Below, in pieces: positions 37,154-50,056 of a stretch of DNA of 64,000 nucleotides. Source of the DNA: Bilabrum cf. latius (lineage: Eukaryota); the NCBI GenBank assembly GCA_965178125.1, contig OZ237757.1:1-64000 (forward strand). The letters are read 5' to 3'. How positions within the stretch are numbered: position 1 is the first letter of the stretch; each line of letters begins with the position of its first letter. The notes beneath the pieces are model-generated. The model was not told where the DNA came from. It made no database searches and saw only the letters and a list, made by a program, of their open reading frames with translations. The position numbers were made by a program, and so were the translations under genes.

Positions 37154-39542
37154 ATGAGCGACAAGCCAAGTGAGACTTTAGCTAGCATGGTTGATCCAGC
37201 TTATGCACGAGTTTGGGAATGATTGAAAGCAATACGAAAGGCAGTGGTGCTGTCAATTCATCCTCACCGGCCGAGAACGTATTTTCCAGTCCGTGAAATT
37301 CCGGTCCTCCTTATCTTCTGTCCGACTTGGCGGAGCCATGGAACTTTCCCTTGCACACGAGTCAAAAGATTTGGTTGCCGTGCTTTGCTAGGAGTTACGG
37401 CTAGTCGGCACTGAATAGACAAGCCCACTTTCGGAGCTCTCCCCATCTACTTTCGCAGAACCAAGATATGTTCCTCCTTTCATGCGCCAGCGCATGAATG
37501 GAGGTCCTCAGACGAGAACTTCAAGCGGAGCTGGCAGTGGTGCTGCTCGCTTCGGTTCAGCGGCAGCCCCAGCGCCCGCGCCATCTGCAGCAGCAGCCGA
37601 TGCAAAAGCCGACGCCGCTGTTTCCGAATCCAAGTCTGCAGACCCCGCTTCGGCGCCCGCGCCTGCCCCGGCAGCCGCGGCGGGCAGCAAGGGCTCTGGT
37701 GCTGTCGCAGGCACCTACCGTCCGCCGGGCACTCGCGCCCCTGCACCGAGCGCGCCTCCCGCATTCTCAGCGGCAGGTGGTAGCGGTAGGGGCACTTCCT
37801 GGGGCTCTCGAGGGGGCTCCGAGGGCGGCTGGGGGGGCCGTGGTAAGGAGGGCGGCGGTCGGTTCGCCGGGTCGAGCGGGCGGGGCCGAGGGGGCGAGCA
37901 GACGACGGAGCTGGGCTTCCACGGGAGCGACCGGGAAGATGCCCGCATCGCCGCCGATTTGTTCTCCGGCGCAGACCACGGGGTGAGCAAGGGCATCCAC
38001 TTCGACAAGTACGACGACATCCCCGTGAGCGTGGAGGACGGGACCTCCAAGGAGCCCCCCGCGGCCATGGAGACCTTCACAGAGGAGGCGCTGGGGTCCA
38101 GGCTGTACAAGAACATCAAGCTGTGCGGGTACACGACGCCCACCCCGGTGCAGAAGCACGCGATGGGCATCTCCGCGGAGGGCCGAGACATCATGGCTTG
38201 CGCGCAGACAGGCAGCGGCAAGACGGCGGCTTTCCTCATCCCCATGGTCGCCTCCATGCTGAGCACGGGGAACAAGCCAAGGCCCAGCCGCACGCGGTTC
38301 GGCACCAAGTTCCCCATGGCCGTGGTGCTGGCACCCGTGCGCGAGCTGGCCCAGCAGATCCACGGGGAGGCCCTCAAGTTCACTTACGCTACAGGCATCC
38401 GCCCTGTGGCCGTGTACGGTGGCGTCAAGCCCATCACGCAGCTGCGGGACGTTGAGCGGGGCTGCGACCTGATCATCGCCACTCCCGGGCGCCTGATCGA
38501 CTTCATCGAGCGCGGCAAGATCAGCCTCGCTAACGTGCAGTTCCTGGTGCTGGACGAGGCCGACCGCATGCTGGACATGGGCTTCGAGCCCGACATCCGC
38601 AAGATCGTGGAGGGCAAGGACATGCCCATGGAGAGGACTACCTTCTTGTTCTCTGCCACGCTGCCCGACGACATCCAGCGGCTGGCGGCGGATTTCCTCC
38701 GAGACTACGTGTTCCTGGCTGTGGGCACAGTGGGCGAGTTCGCTAGCAACGTCACGCAGGAGATCGTGTACGTGAAGGGCCCCGACAAGATGATGATGCT
38801 CATGGAGCGGCTGAACGAGGTCAAGGAAGGCCTCATCCTCGTGTTCGTGGAGACCAAGCGATCCTGTGACGCGCTCGAGTACGAGCTGCTCAACAACGGG
38901 TACCCGGTCACGTGCATCCACGGGGACCGCTCGCAGGAGGAGCGCACGGAGGCCATCAACTCGTTCAAGAACCAGAGCACGCCCATCCTCGTGGCCACCG
39001 ACATCGCGGCCCGCGGTCTGGACATCTCGAGCATCACGTACGTGTTCAACTACGATATGCCCAACACCATCGACGACTACGTGCACAGAGTTGGCCGCAC
39101 AGGGCGCGCGGGCAATGCCGGCAGGGCCGTCAGCTTCATGAACGAGCGCAACCGCAGCATCGCCAAGGCCCTGGTGAGCAAGCTGGACGAGGGGGACCAG
39201 GAGGTGCCTACCTGGCTGAGGACGCTGGCGTCGGGGTTCGGCGGAGGGGGCGGGGGCCGACGCGGGGGCAAGGGGGGGACCTCATACGGTGGCCGGGACT
39301 TCCGTCGCGGTGGTGGCGGCGGGGGTAAGGGGGGCGGCGGGGGCGGCCGGGGGGGAGGTCCGTCCAAGGGGGGCAGCGCATCCGGCGGGGCCAAGGGGGG
39401 TGCCAAGGGGGCTGCCAGCAAGAGCGCGGGCGGATCCAAGAAAACTTTCGGCGCGGGAGGAGGCAAACCCGGCGGATTCGGCGGATTCGGCGGAGGCGGT
39501 TTCGGTGGGGCAGGTGGGTTCGGAGGCGGTTTCGGCCGCTGA
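37154..39542 (+). CDS. DED1: DEAD-box RNA helicase, Ded1/DDX3 subfamily
   Basis: Q motif PTPVQ, AQTGSGKT, ATPGRL, LDEADRMLDMGFEP, FSAT, YVHRVGRTGRAG, with RGG-rich tails. Micro-exon 37154-37169 plus intron 37170-37458 gives MSDKPKPRYVPPFMR. Ends at TGA; no in-frame TAG. Confidence 0.93.
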
Positions 39543-39992
39543 GATGAGCCTATTGGGCGGTGCAGGAGGGAAGGACTGGAGGAGGAAGGGTCGGTTGTGG
39601 CGTGGAAGCGGCCTTGGTGGGAGGACCCGAGTGGATCGTGGCTGGCCAGCGCCCTCTAGGGCGCGTGAAGCGAGCCGTTAGGTGAAGATCGTGCCCGCGT
39701 GTGGGGCCTCTGGACTGCCGAGCTGGCCGACGTGGTCTGCGGCAGGACTGCTAGGCCCGTGCGGGATTTGGAGGAGTGTAGAGCTGAAAGCAATCGCTTG
39801 GGATATCTCGTCTAGACTGTGAATTGGGGGATGAAATAGCAAACATCATTCGTACTTCAGCGCAACACGCAAGCATCAAGGGTAGGCCTCGCCAAACCAC
39901 CGAGATTGAGATCCGGAATACGGACTCCGGATCCCGGATGGTGTATGCCTAGGCCCTAGCATAGGATCCCCTTGCAAGGACAGACCCACCGA

Positions 39993-41252
39993 TCAGCAGG
40001 TGTAGGCCCACTCGTCCTGGGGGCCCTAGGACACGTTGGCCGGTAGCACGCCCTGTTCGATGGAGAAGAGAGCGTCCCACTCTGGCGAGTTCCCTTCGGT
40101 CTTAAGGCACCAGAAGAACCACCCGCGCACCGCCCCCTGCCCGGGGGCGCCCCCTTTGACCGTGCCCTCGAATGCGCTCACCATCGAGTCGAACATCGCG
40201 CGCAGCCAGACCAGCCCGCCGCCCACCGCCCCGGGCTGGGTGGGCGCCAGAGACGTGTTGCTGGGGACGTTCTGGTGCGTGGTGGCGAGGCTCCACTCGC
40301 CCACCACTGTCCAGTCTCGATCCGTGCGGTTGAGCAGGTCGGGGCCCACAGTGTCACAGGTGTACCTTACGATGTCCCAGGGCTTCATGCCGGCCGTGGG
40401 TCCGCCGAATGCGTCGTAGATGTGCGAGTCGATGAGGACGTTCTGGTACTTGGGGGGCGAGAGCACGCCGGCGAGCCAGTTGCCCGACCCACAGAAGCCA
40501 TCAGACACCCACACATCTCCTGTAAAGGCCTAGCCCCTGATGGCGTCGTAGGCACGCGCGTAAAAGTCCTTCAGGGTGTCAAAAGGGACGCTGCCGCCCA
40601 CACAAGGCGTCCATGGCTCGTTGAGCGTCTCGATCCCGGACACCACGCCCGCCATTGAGGGGTTGGAAGACTCAAGGGCCACTACACGCCTTGCGATCTC
40701 GGCCAGTACCTCCACTGTTCGGTTCACGTTGGCAGGGTCCGTCCAGTTGATGGGCCCGACGCGACCGCTGTTGTCGTGGCCATTTTGCGACCCTGGCGCC
40801 CCATGCAAATCTACCACGGCTCGAATGCCGTGCTTGCTGCACCACGTGAGAGCCTTTTCGAGGTAGGCCCAGCCACCCTCCACAAATGGCTCGTTGTCTT
40901 CGATGGATACAATCCAGTATCCCACAGGAATTCGTACATGATTGAAGCCGGCAGCCGCGATTTTCTGAATGTCCCCCTCAACGATCCAGGTGTTCCAATG
41001 CTTCTACAGTACGGTCTCGCACTTTGTTTTGCCGAGGGTCTCGCAGAACTCCCACTCCCCGGCTCCTGACTTCACGTTGTTGTTGGAATACAAGCTCGGA
41101 GTTATCCAGCTTTCCAGAACCAGCCACCCGCCCAGATTCACCCCGCGAAAGGGCTCTTGCACATTATTTTTTTGCGAGTTTGCACTTGCACTTGCACGCG
41201 CGTGCACAGCAAGGGCCACGCCAATGGCTATAGAAGCACCCAGCATGCGCAT
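39993..41252 (-). CDS. Secreted GH5 exo-beta-1,3-glucanase (Exg-like), 419 aa
   Basis: RGVNLGGWLVLESWITPSL, HVRIPVGYW, DLHGAPGSQNGHDNSG, catalytic NEP, DSHIY, VVGEWS, GWFFW. Three pieces are joined across TAGs at 41004 and 40530, with a third TAG at 40026. Ends at TGA 39993. Confidence 0.93.
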
Positions 41253-42033
41253 GTTGTTTCCGTGCAGCGACACCGGATGCACACGAGAATAAATATTCCA
41301 AATACGCTTGTTTGCGAAGCGTACAATCTGCCAGGCTGGCCAAGATCCCAGCAGCCACGAATCCGGATTCCGGAACGAATGATTCAAACTACACGCTACC
41401 CCGGCTAAGAAGTCACCCGAAGGCTAGTCTACTCGACCGGGATGATACAGTGTGTGATTATCTCAATACGTTATTTACGGGCGGATGATACATCTCACTG
41501 ACCAGCTCAAGCTGCAGCAGCTGCCAGCTGTGCTGCTTCTCCGTGGAGGTTCTGCACATCTGGAGCTCCCACTGCGAGTGCTACAAGTATTTTAGGGGAT
41601 GTAAGAGACCAGCAAGGTCAGGGTCAAGGCCGCCTGCCTCGTCCCAAGCGCTCCTAGATACACCACCTGGCTGTGTTCCTGCCGGGATCGCAGCCTGCAC
41701 TAGCTCCGCTCGTGCTGCCGCTTGCGCCGCCTCGGGGGTCCCAGCTCCTGAGCCGGTTTCCTGCGCCACTCTCGTTCCCTGAAGCCCTGACATGTGCCGC
41801 ACTGTAAGGTTGAATTGAATCGCGCGGCATCCGCTCAGCATGGAAACTCCTTTGGCGATCACTCGCACCCAGATCCTGATCTGGGTTTCCTCCGGCAAAC
41901 TACGGGCCCCTCCCACCCGCTTCCGACGGATGCGGGCCAACAAGTGCAGCAGCCCGCGCGCCCCACTTCCCAGGTGCCCCGTTTCCAGAACGATGCAAAA
42001 TCCGAATTTAGCCAGAAGTGCGCATTACAACTC

Positions 42034-45000
42034 TTAAGACACTGTACACCCGCCGCCGTCTTCTTGCTGCTTGAGTTTCTTCCCTTGTTGGTGCAACAGC
42101 CCGCCACCACCAGAGCGTGCCGCCGCCGCGCCAGGTCCGCTTGCCTTGCCCGCCCCAATACCTTCCTCCAGTTCGTGCGCCGCCAGCAGCAGCGGCCTAG
42201 AGTCCAGGACCAGCCGGTGCAGCGAGCTGTCCTGCTGCAAGGCTTTAGCTAGCGGGGACGTCCCTTGCCCGCTTCCCGTGCCCTCGCCCTCTTGCAGCGC
42301 CCTGGCCAGTGCACCGCAGCACGCCGTCCGCACATCTGCGTCGTGCCACCAGGCGCAGAGCAAGCCTGTCGCAGAGGTCAAGGCCACCCGGAAATCGGTG
42401 CCTGGTCCCATGCGACGAGTGCCGTTGATCTGTCCCGCAACCACTTGGGCACAGGCCCGAGCCAGCGCCAGGTCAGCCGCGGCCAGCACCCACAGGCTGG
42501 GCAGACCGCCCCGTGGGACCGGCGCGCCGGGGCCGGGTGGTGCGGGCGCGAAGAGGGACCTGTGCTGCAGCAGCAGACCGCCCTCTCTCGTGTGTGGCAG
42601 CACGGCCACGGTGGCTCCGCCCCGTGCGCCGTCCTCAGCAGCTGCCGCAGGCTCGCTCAGCTGCTTGACCGCCGCCGCATCGGCTCCACCGAGCGCGACC
42701 CGCCGCATGGCCGCGGCAATGCACACGAGCTCCCAGCGCCGGAAAGCCATCTGCGCCATTGATGCCGCCCGGTCCGGAGCCACACCCAGGAGGCCCATGT
42801 CCCTCCGCGCGCCCGCCAGCACCTGTCGCAGCAGGTGCTTCTGGTGCGCAGGGAGCTCCTGCAGCAGAGGCAGAGGAGGGGCGCTGAATGCAGCAGGGGT
42901 GACCCCGGCGGTGAAGCAGTGGGAAGTGCTCCCTGCCAGCAGGGAGCCCTCGTCCAGTTGCACGTCCACCCAGTCGGAGGGGGCGCGGACGCGCGAGGAG
43001 GAGGCAGAGCCTCCTGCAGCTGCAGGGGGCGGGGAGCCCGAGGCGGAGGCAGTGGAGGAGCCGGGTGGGGACGGAGATGCGCCTCCTGTGGGTGGCCACG
43101 CATCTTCCCTCTGGCGCATGGCAGCAGCGGCCGCGGCGTCCCCGTACGCCAGCGCGGCCCCCTCCTTCGCCTTCCACGGAAGCACGCTGCCGATGGGCCG
43201 GGCATGCTCCTCTCGTTGCACCAGCTGAGAGTGCACGCACCACACGCAGGTGGGGGGCGGAGCGGGCCCACCGTCCTCCTCTTCCCGCCACACCACGCAG
43301 CCCAGACCTACGTACCCCGCGGGGGGCACTGGTCGGAAGACAGTCACCGGCGGCTCGGACTCGATGCGCCCCACTGGCACCATGCCCACCGGAGAGGCCA
43401 AGGGGGGCGCCACCAGCTCGAAGGAGCTCTGGGGGAAGGACTGGCGGCCCTGCAGGGGGGCCCGCGGGCCGGCCATCACGTGGTGGTAGCAGCCGGCTAG
43501 CAGCCCCGGCAGGCGCGGGGGGCAGTGTGGGGGCTCCCTGCCCGTGGGCTGCAAGCACATCCCCGCCTTGCTGCATCCCCAGCGGTGCATCTCTCTGCCC
43601 CCGCTCTGTCCTTTGCTGGCTCTAGCCTCGATGGACATCCCGCCCGCCTTGGAGGTTGACAAGTATCCGCTCACGGGTGGGGGCAGGAGGCCCAGAGCCT
43701 CTGCCTCGGACCGACGCATGAGAGCGTCGCCGAAGCTGCGGATATGGCTCGTGCCCGGGTCCTGCTGGGCCTGCAGAGTCGCGTACGCGGGTCGCAGCGG
43801 GCCGTGGGCGGGTACGTACCCAGGAGGGCACGCTCCTTGATTCTTCATCTCGAGCCAGTGCCCCTGCCGCGCCACCCCATTCACCGCCGCTGCCTCGAAC
43901 CCCGGCAGCCCGTCCCTCTGGACCATGGCCGTGTCCAGCCGGGGCCGCAGCAGCACCCACTCGGTGCGCCCCCTCAGCGGCTTGATCCTGGCCACCTCTA
44001 GGCCCTCGCACATGGAGAACTGCACGAAGTCGCCCGCGCGTGGGGCAGCCAGAGGGGAACTCCGCAGGGAGTGCAGCCCGGCCGCCTGCGCCGCTGCGCT
44101 CTCCTGCTGCGCCACCAGCTCGAGCCCCCCCGGGTTGTCCTTGGCGCAGCCGTCCACCATCTCATCGAGTGCCGGGCCCTTTCCCCCGAGCGCGGCCATC
44201 ACCAGCTCCGAGATGCGCAGCAAGTTGGCATCCAGCGCAGAGGCCCTCTCCTGAATCGTGGAGTCCCTGAGCTTGGCAGAGGCGCTGAACGACAGCGAGT
44301 CCGGGCGTCGCTTGAGCTGCACCAGCCCCTGCAGCACCTGCGGGTGCCTCACGATCGCGCCGCACCGCAGAGTAGGCACGTCGGGCGATGCGGTCCAATC
44401 CGTGAACGAAACGAATGCAACCCGGTGCAGGAGGTACAGCGCGGACAGGTTCAGTTCCGCTGCCGCCGCCTGCTCGTCGGTCCAATGCCCCGAGTCGGCG
44501 GGGCTCTGCTGGTCCTAGTCCGCTTGCGTCTGGCTCCCAGCCGCAGCCGCAGCGGCAGTGGCAGCAACTGTATCGTGCTCGGTCACCCCTGGATCGTCCC
44601 TCTGTAGCTGCGTGCCTTGCACCCGCATGCACTCGTGCAGCAGCATGCCAAGATTCATGCTCTTTGACACCGCATCCCGCACCAGCCCCGGGGCTCCCTG
44701 GCCCGTGGCGGCAGTCAGCGTCCGCACCGCTTCTGTGGCCAACTCCACGACCTCTCTCCGATGCCAGGGCTGGCTGTTCATGCCGGGGGCCATCCGATGC
44801 CCCCCACTGGCGGCACCTCCCGGGCTTGCTTCAATGAACGCCTCCTTTAGGGCCAGGATGGCGTGGTACACGAGCTGGTCCACCAGGTGCTGCACCAGCC
44901 CGGGGTGCTGCATGCGGCCTGCGATGCGGTCCGACAGAAGCACCTCCCGCCACACCTGCAGGCCAACCTTGCGCGCTGCATGCAGGCGAAACATGGGGTG

Positions 45001-46483
45001 CGTCTGCTTGGTGCGTCCCATCGCGTGCGCCTGCTCGTCCGTCAGGGCGCCAAGCGTTTGCAGCCGCTGCAGGGCGGCGTTGTTGCTCTCAAAGTCGGCC
45101 GTGGAGCTGTTCGGGATCAGCTTGGACCGTGAGGAATGCGTGCGGGACAAGGGACCAGGCCCTGCCTCAGACGCGTAGTACGGATCCCCCGCACCCCCGT
45201 CCGCGTCGGCCGCCTCCTTGGCCTTGACCTTGGCCTTCATGCCTGCGTCCCCACCCGTCGTGTCCTCGGACAAGATTGCATCAGCCGCGGGTGAGACGTC
45301 TCGGAAAGCAGCCAGTGCCAGCACGTTGGCCAGGTCAGTGGCCACACCAAGCAGCTGGAGCTGAGGCAGTGCCACGAGGGCGGCAGGCAGCCCCGCAAGC
45401 GCCTCGAGAGCACCGCGGGGCACGATGCGGCCGGGGAGCAGCTCCCTCAGCGAGAGCCCCACGCTCATCACATGGTCCTTGCACGACGAGGCATCCCCCG
45501 AGTAGCCGCTGACCGCCAGCTCGAGCCGACGCACCGCGGGCTAGGTGAGCTCGAACAGGTCGTGCACTTCCTGCGTGTGCCTCGAGCGGGCCCCACTGCC
45601 AATGCCGCCCGACCCCTCGCCATCCGGGCTTGCATCCCCCGCCCGCGGCAGCAGGGTGAGTGCCCCTGCTGCTGACTGCATGACTCCCTGAGCGTCGTGC
45701 CTGGCCTGCACGCACTCCTGCACGCACATGGCAAGCACGCGCAGCATCCGCCCCAGCATGGCCGAGTCCTTCCCCGGCCCCATCTTCGCGTACTGCGCCC
45801 TCTGCTCGTCCAGGGTCACCGCGGTGGACGCACGCGCCAGCACCACCCGCGCCACTTTGGCCACCAGCGCCTGCGCCGCCACCGCGTGGGCCATCACGTC
45901 GATGTACACGGGCTTGCTGGCCCGGCGGTACCCCCCGTGCACCGAGGCCATGAACCCGCCGTGCGAGAAAGGGGAGCCAGCGCCCGTGCCTGCCGCAGCC
46001 CCGGTTCCCCCGATCGAGCCCTGCATGACCCGTTCCCAGATGTTCGCGTTGGTGACTCGAGCAGCGGAGTCCGGTGGGTCGCCCTACGCCGCCCGGAAGA
46101 GGAAAGCCACCGTGGCTGCCAGCCTTGCAACGGCAGCAACGTGCGCCACGGTTGGCTGCGGGGCCAGCGGGGCCCCGTCATCGGCCCATCCCTCGCTGGA
46201 GGGCGGCTGCTCTGCCTTGCGGCGGGCATTCTTCGACATGGTGCTCGGGCTCATGTGCACGGGGACGGGATTCGACGCGTGCGGTCCGTTCGCCCTGGCC
46301 CTGAGTCCCATCGAGGTGCAGGCCCGGCCCAGCACCTCGAGGCAGCCGGAGGCCAGGGCCAACGCGCTGCCATCCCTGGCCCTGGCCACGTCAGTGACCG
46401 TCACACATAGAGAGCGGCTCAGCTCTTGCAGGGCTTCCACGCCGAGCCGCTTGGCCGCACTGGCGTGTGGCTTGTCCGGCCCA

Positions 46484-46539
<56 letters not shown>

Positions 46540-47847
46540 CGTTTGGTCTGCGTCTTCCTCCTTGCCCTCCTCTGCCCGGGACCCTTTGACTACAGCGAGG
46601 GCGCCTCGCCCGCTGGACGCTCGCCCTAGTCTGCCGCTCCCTTTGAAGGCCCCCCTCTGGGCCCCGATCGGGGACACCATGCCAAGGGACGAGCTGGATC
46701 CCTGCCCTGTGCTGCTGCCTGTGCCCGTGCCAGTGTCCGCGGATTGGACCAAAGACAGGTGGGGCCGACTCAACCGCCGCGCCAGTCCAAACTTGGGACC
46801 AAGCCGCCGGCTGGAGCCGCGTGCTTTTTCGCCCTGGGGAGTCCCAGTGCCCGTGCCAGTGGCTGTGCCTGCGCCATCCCAATTCCCATTTCCATCCCCA
46901 TCCTCAGCTGCCCCACCCTCCTACACCACTGGCGTCAAATCCTGGGCCTCACCATCTTCACGCTCATCACCCTCCTTGTGCTCCGCCTCTAGCTCGTGGT
47001 CCAGCAGCCGCCGGTGCAGAGCGTCTGCTGGCAGACCTGCCAGCCTCGCGCGAGCCCGCAGGTCCAGTTGCTCGCTCGCTCGAGGTGCCTCTGCGCCCGT
47101 GGTCTATCCTATAGGTGCAGATGAATCGGCTCTGTCTTCTATCGCTGTATTTTCGGCGCCCCGAGTGGCATCTTCCAGGGCATCCACAGCCGCTTCGAGG
47201 CCGCTCCAGCCGCCACCGCCTGGAACACCGCCCTGTGCATCGTCTGCCCCGCCATGTGCCTGAACCAGAGTCAAGCGAGAGGCTTCCAAGGCCTTTAAAA
47301 CGCGGAGTGCGCCTCCATGACTCGATGTAGACGCCATCTCGGTGTGCCTGCTGTCGCTTGCGATGCCGAAGCGCATGAGAACGACGGCGGCATCACTCAT
47401 GAGCAAGAATGAGCCGCACTTTCCGGAAAGTGTTACCGTTGGGAGCACAACTGATCGAACAATATCTTCGGACACCACATGCTGCGGAACTGCGACCATC
47501 TACACGGCGAGCCCATACAACGCGGCCTCAGCACCATGACCGGTGCCATCGACTGCTTCGAAATGCTTTGAAGACCAAGGGGCGTCCCACTGGACGCCGC
47601 GCCGGAATACATGGGAGCAAACATCATGGACTGGTTTGGATCCTAAGGATGGAAGACCATTACTCCGGACGGGGAACGCTGCGGTCGCGTCGCTGATTTC
47701 GCTGCTTAGGTCCTCCCCATGCTCCCCCGTCCCCGCAGCAGATGCGAGCATGTATCCCGCTGCCTCTGGTGGCATAATTCGCAATAAATCCTCGATGAGC
47801 TCCAGTTGAATGGGCGCGTTGGAGAGTTTGTTGCTCAGTCCCGACAT
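42034..47847 (-). CDS. Large protein (~1937 aa) with Vps62/DUF946-like motif and C-terminal CaaX (CTVS); paralogue of 50057-54739
   Basis: Six same-frame pieces are joined across TAGs (47500, 47104, 46921, 46084, 45541, 44515). Motif VFRPVPPAGYVGLGCVV...VWCVHSQLV. Ends CTVS-TAA. Confidence 0.8.
46485..46538. repeat. (CTG)18 microsatellite encoding poly-Ala on the minus strand
   Basis: Pure trinucleotide run inside the 42034-47847 CDS. Confidence 0.9.
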
Positions 47848-48110
47848 GACCACCAAGAGACGATCCAAGTGAATTGTAGGCAAAGACCGTTACACGAACG
47901 CACACTTGTGCAGAATTGGCTTGATTTCCTCTAGTTAGTCAGGCAATGCCAAATTGGGGTTCTGGAAACGTTGTAAATACCACGTAGTCGACCAACAGAT
48001 CTACACAGCGATTCGGCTGACCAATCCCACATCGCTGGTGGCGCCGCGCAATCGGGCGGCGAGCAGTTCCGTAACCGCTTAAAAAGGAAAGAAATGCAGA
48101 AGCATCCTAC

Positions 48111-49847
48111 TCAAGAACTCACCTCCACACCAAGCCCAGCCACAGTGAGAAGCAGAAATCCCGCGACACTGGCACACCCCGCGGCCGCTTGCATGATCAT
48201 GCCCCCAGCCCGGCTGAAGGCTTGCGGCAGACCATGCCCTGCCTCCCCTCCAGCACCACCCCCGGACTCACCCCCATTCCCATTCCCAGCCCCATCTCCA
48301 CCCGCCCGGTCCATGCTGGCCAGTCGCCCAAATGCCCCCGCCCGCACCAGCGCGAGCAGACCTCTCGCTGCCACAAAGCAAGCCCCCACGCCCACGGCCA
48401 GCACTACACAGCCAGGTGGCACTGGTGAACCCCCATCCCCATCCCCGCCTCCGCCCCCATAATCGCACCCACGCACGGGTCCCACTGCCAGGGCCAGCAC
48501 AGCAAGCGACGGCACCACCCACGCAGCCACCAGCCCGGGGGCCCATACCCACGCCCACGCGCCAGCCCTCGAGTCCCCACTCCCCCCAGCCCCAAGAGCA
48601 GCCGCCAGCCCCGCCCCGATCGGGTCCGCTATGCCCCCCAGTGTGTTGGCGTACAGATAGGCCCGCGCCGCTCCTCGGCTGCTCCCCGCCACGCTGGTCG
48701 CGAAGGGCAGTGCTGAGAACAGGAGGGCATTTTGCAGCGCAGAGGCGACTGCCAGCAGAGCCATCGAGCACCCGTCCCGGGATAGCGCGTCCATCAAACC
48801 AGCGGGAGCGGGGGCTGCACCATGGGTGCGATCCTGCCCCTACTGGTTTGTATGCAACGACCCCTCCTCCGCGGGGGACGGCAGCTGGGCGGGGGCGCTG
48901 GCCGCAGTGGGGATGCGGGCTGAGTCAGTGTGATAACTGCCACTTCCAAGCGGAACTGACGCGCATTCCAGGATGTGGCTTGAGTCAGCGGCGAGCAGGC
49001 CTGTCCTATGCGGGTCTGGGTGTATGCCTACCGCCGCCAGTGACTCGGACCCGTGATCATCAAGATGCCTCTTCCCGGAGACGGAGCTCAGAGTCGAAGC
49101 ACTTAGACTCGGAAGGGCGGCCGGGTGGGGAGCACCTGCACGCGCGTGGGGGGGCTGCGTAGTAGCACAGCAGCTGTTTGTCCCTTGCTCACCGCAGATC
49201 AATGCGCTAGCTGCAGCCAGAGACACGAGGTGCACGCAGGCCATGCACGCGAAGAATACCTCTTCCGACAGCCTGGGAGTCTGCCCGTCCCGGAGCCCAG
49301 CAAACTGGACCAAGGCGAGCGCATTTGGGATCACAGAGGACAGACCCTCGCCTATAGCAAGCCATACGGTAGGGGGAAGGTCTCCTGGCTTTGCAGTATA
49401 AGCGGGTCTGGCTGCCAGCGGCCAGAAGAGCACGCTCGAGCTCGTGTCGGCAATACCTGCGACTGCCACCAGCACGACCAATAGCACGCTTCTGCGCCCG
49501 CCAGCAAATACCGATGTAGATTTCCATAAACCTGTCGCAAGCAGAACTTGGGCAATCGACGCGAGACCTATGCAACCGAGGACCAGGAGATTATCGATGT
49601 GGCCTGCAGCTGTGCCACGCGACCGGCTATCAGCACCCGTCTTGCGCTTGGAGGTGCTGGACGCAAACCATCCTATAGCAAGAGCAACAACGTTTGGTAT
49701 TTGAAGCGCTACTGTAAGAACAGAGGGGAGAGCAGCGCCCTCTGGAGTATTGGCAATCAACAACCCCAGCTAAGAGAATACAGAGTTCACCGCGAGCCAT
49801 GACGAGAGCCCTATCAGCAATAGGAGTGGTCCTGACCATGCTGTCAT
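48111..49847 (-). CDS. SLC52-like (riboflavin transporter, DUF1011) membrane protein
   Basis: N-terminus LIGLSSWLAVNSVFS[TAG]LGLLIANTPEGAALPSVL...Q.PN matches the SLC52 signature. Also DTSSSVLFWP, GEGLSSVIP..LALVQ and RLSEEVFF. TAGs at 49770 and 48840; ends at TGA. Confidence 0.85.
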
Positions 49848-50056
49848 CCCTATTTGATCATTTCGGTACAAGCTACGTGCACTTGCCCGGGTTGAATGCT
49901 GAATTGGCAGCGAGCGAACCATCAGCGAAGCTCAGCCAAAGGTTCCCGTGAAGCTCAGCCATAGGTTCCCAAAGCTCTGGCCACGACTGGCCACCGGTTA
50001 GCTTGGCGTAGATTGCATAATCGAGCGGGACCACAGCTGCCAAGCGTCGCTGACCA

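Noticed and set aside
41459-41943. Possible small minus-strand gene (MSGLQGTRVAQETG...) between GH5 and the Vps62-like gene
   Set aside because: The frame is open across one TAG, but there is no motif or homology support.
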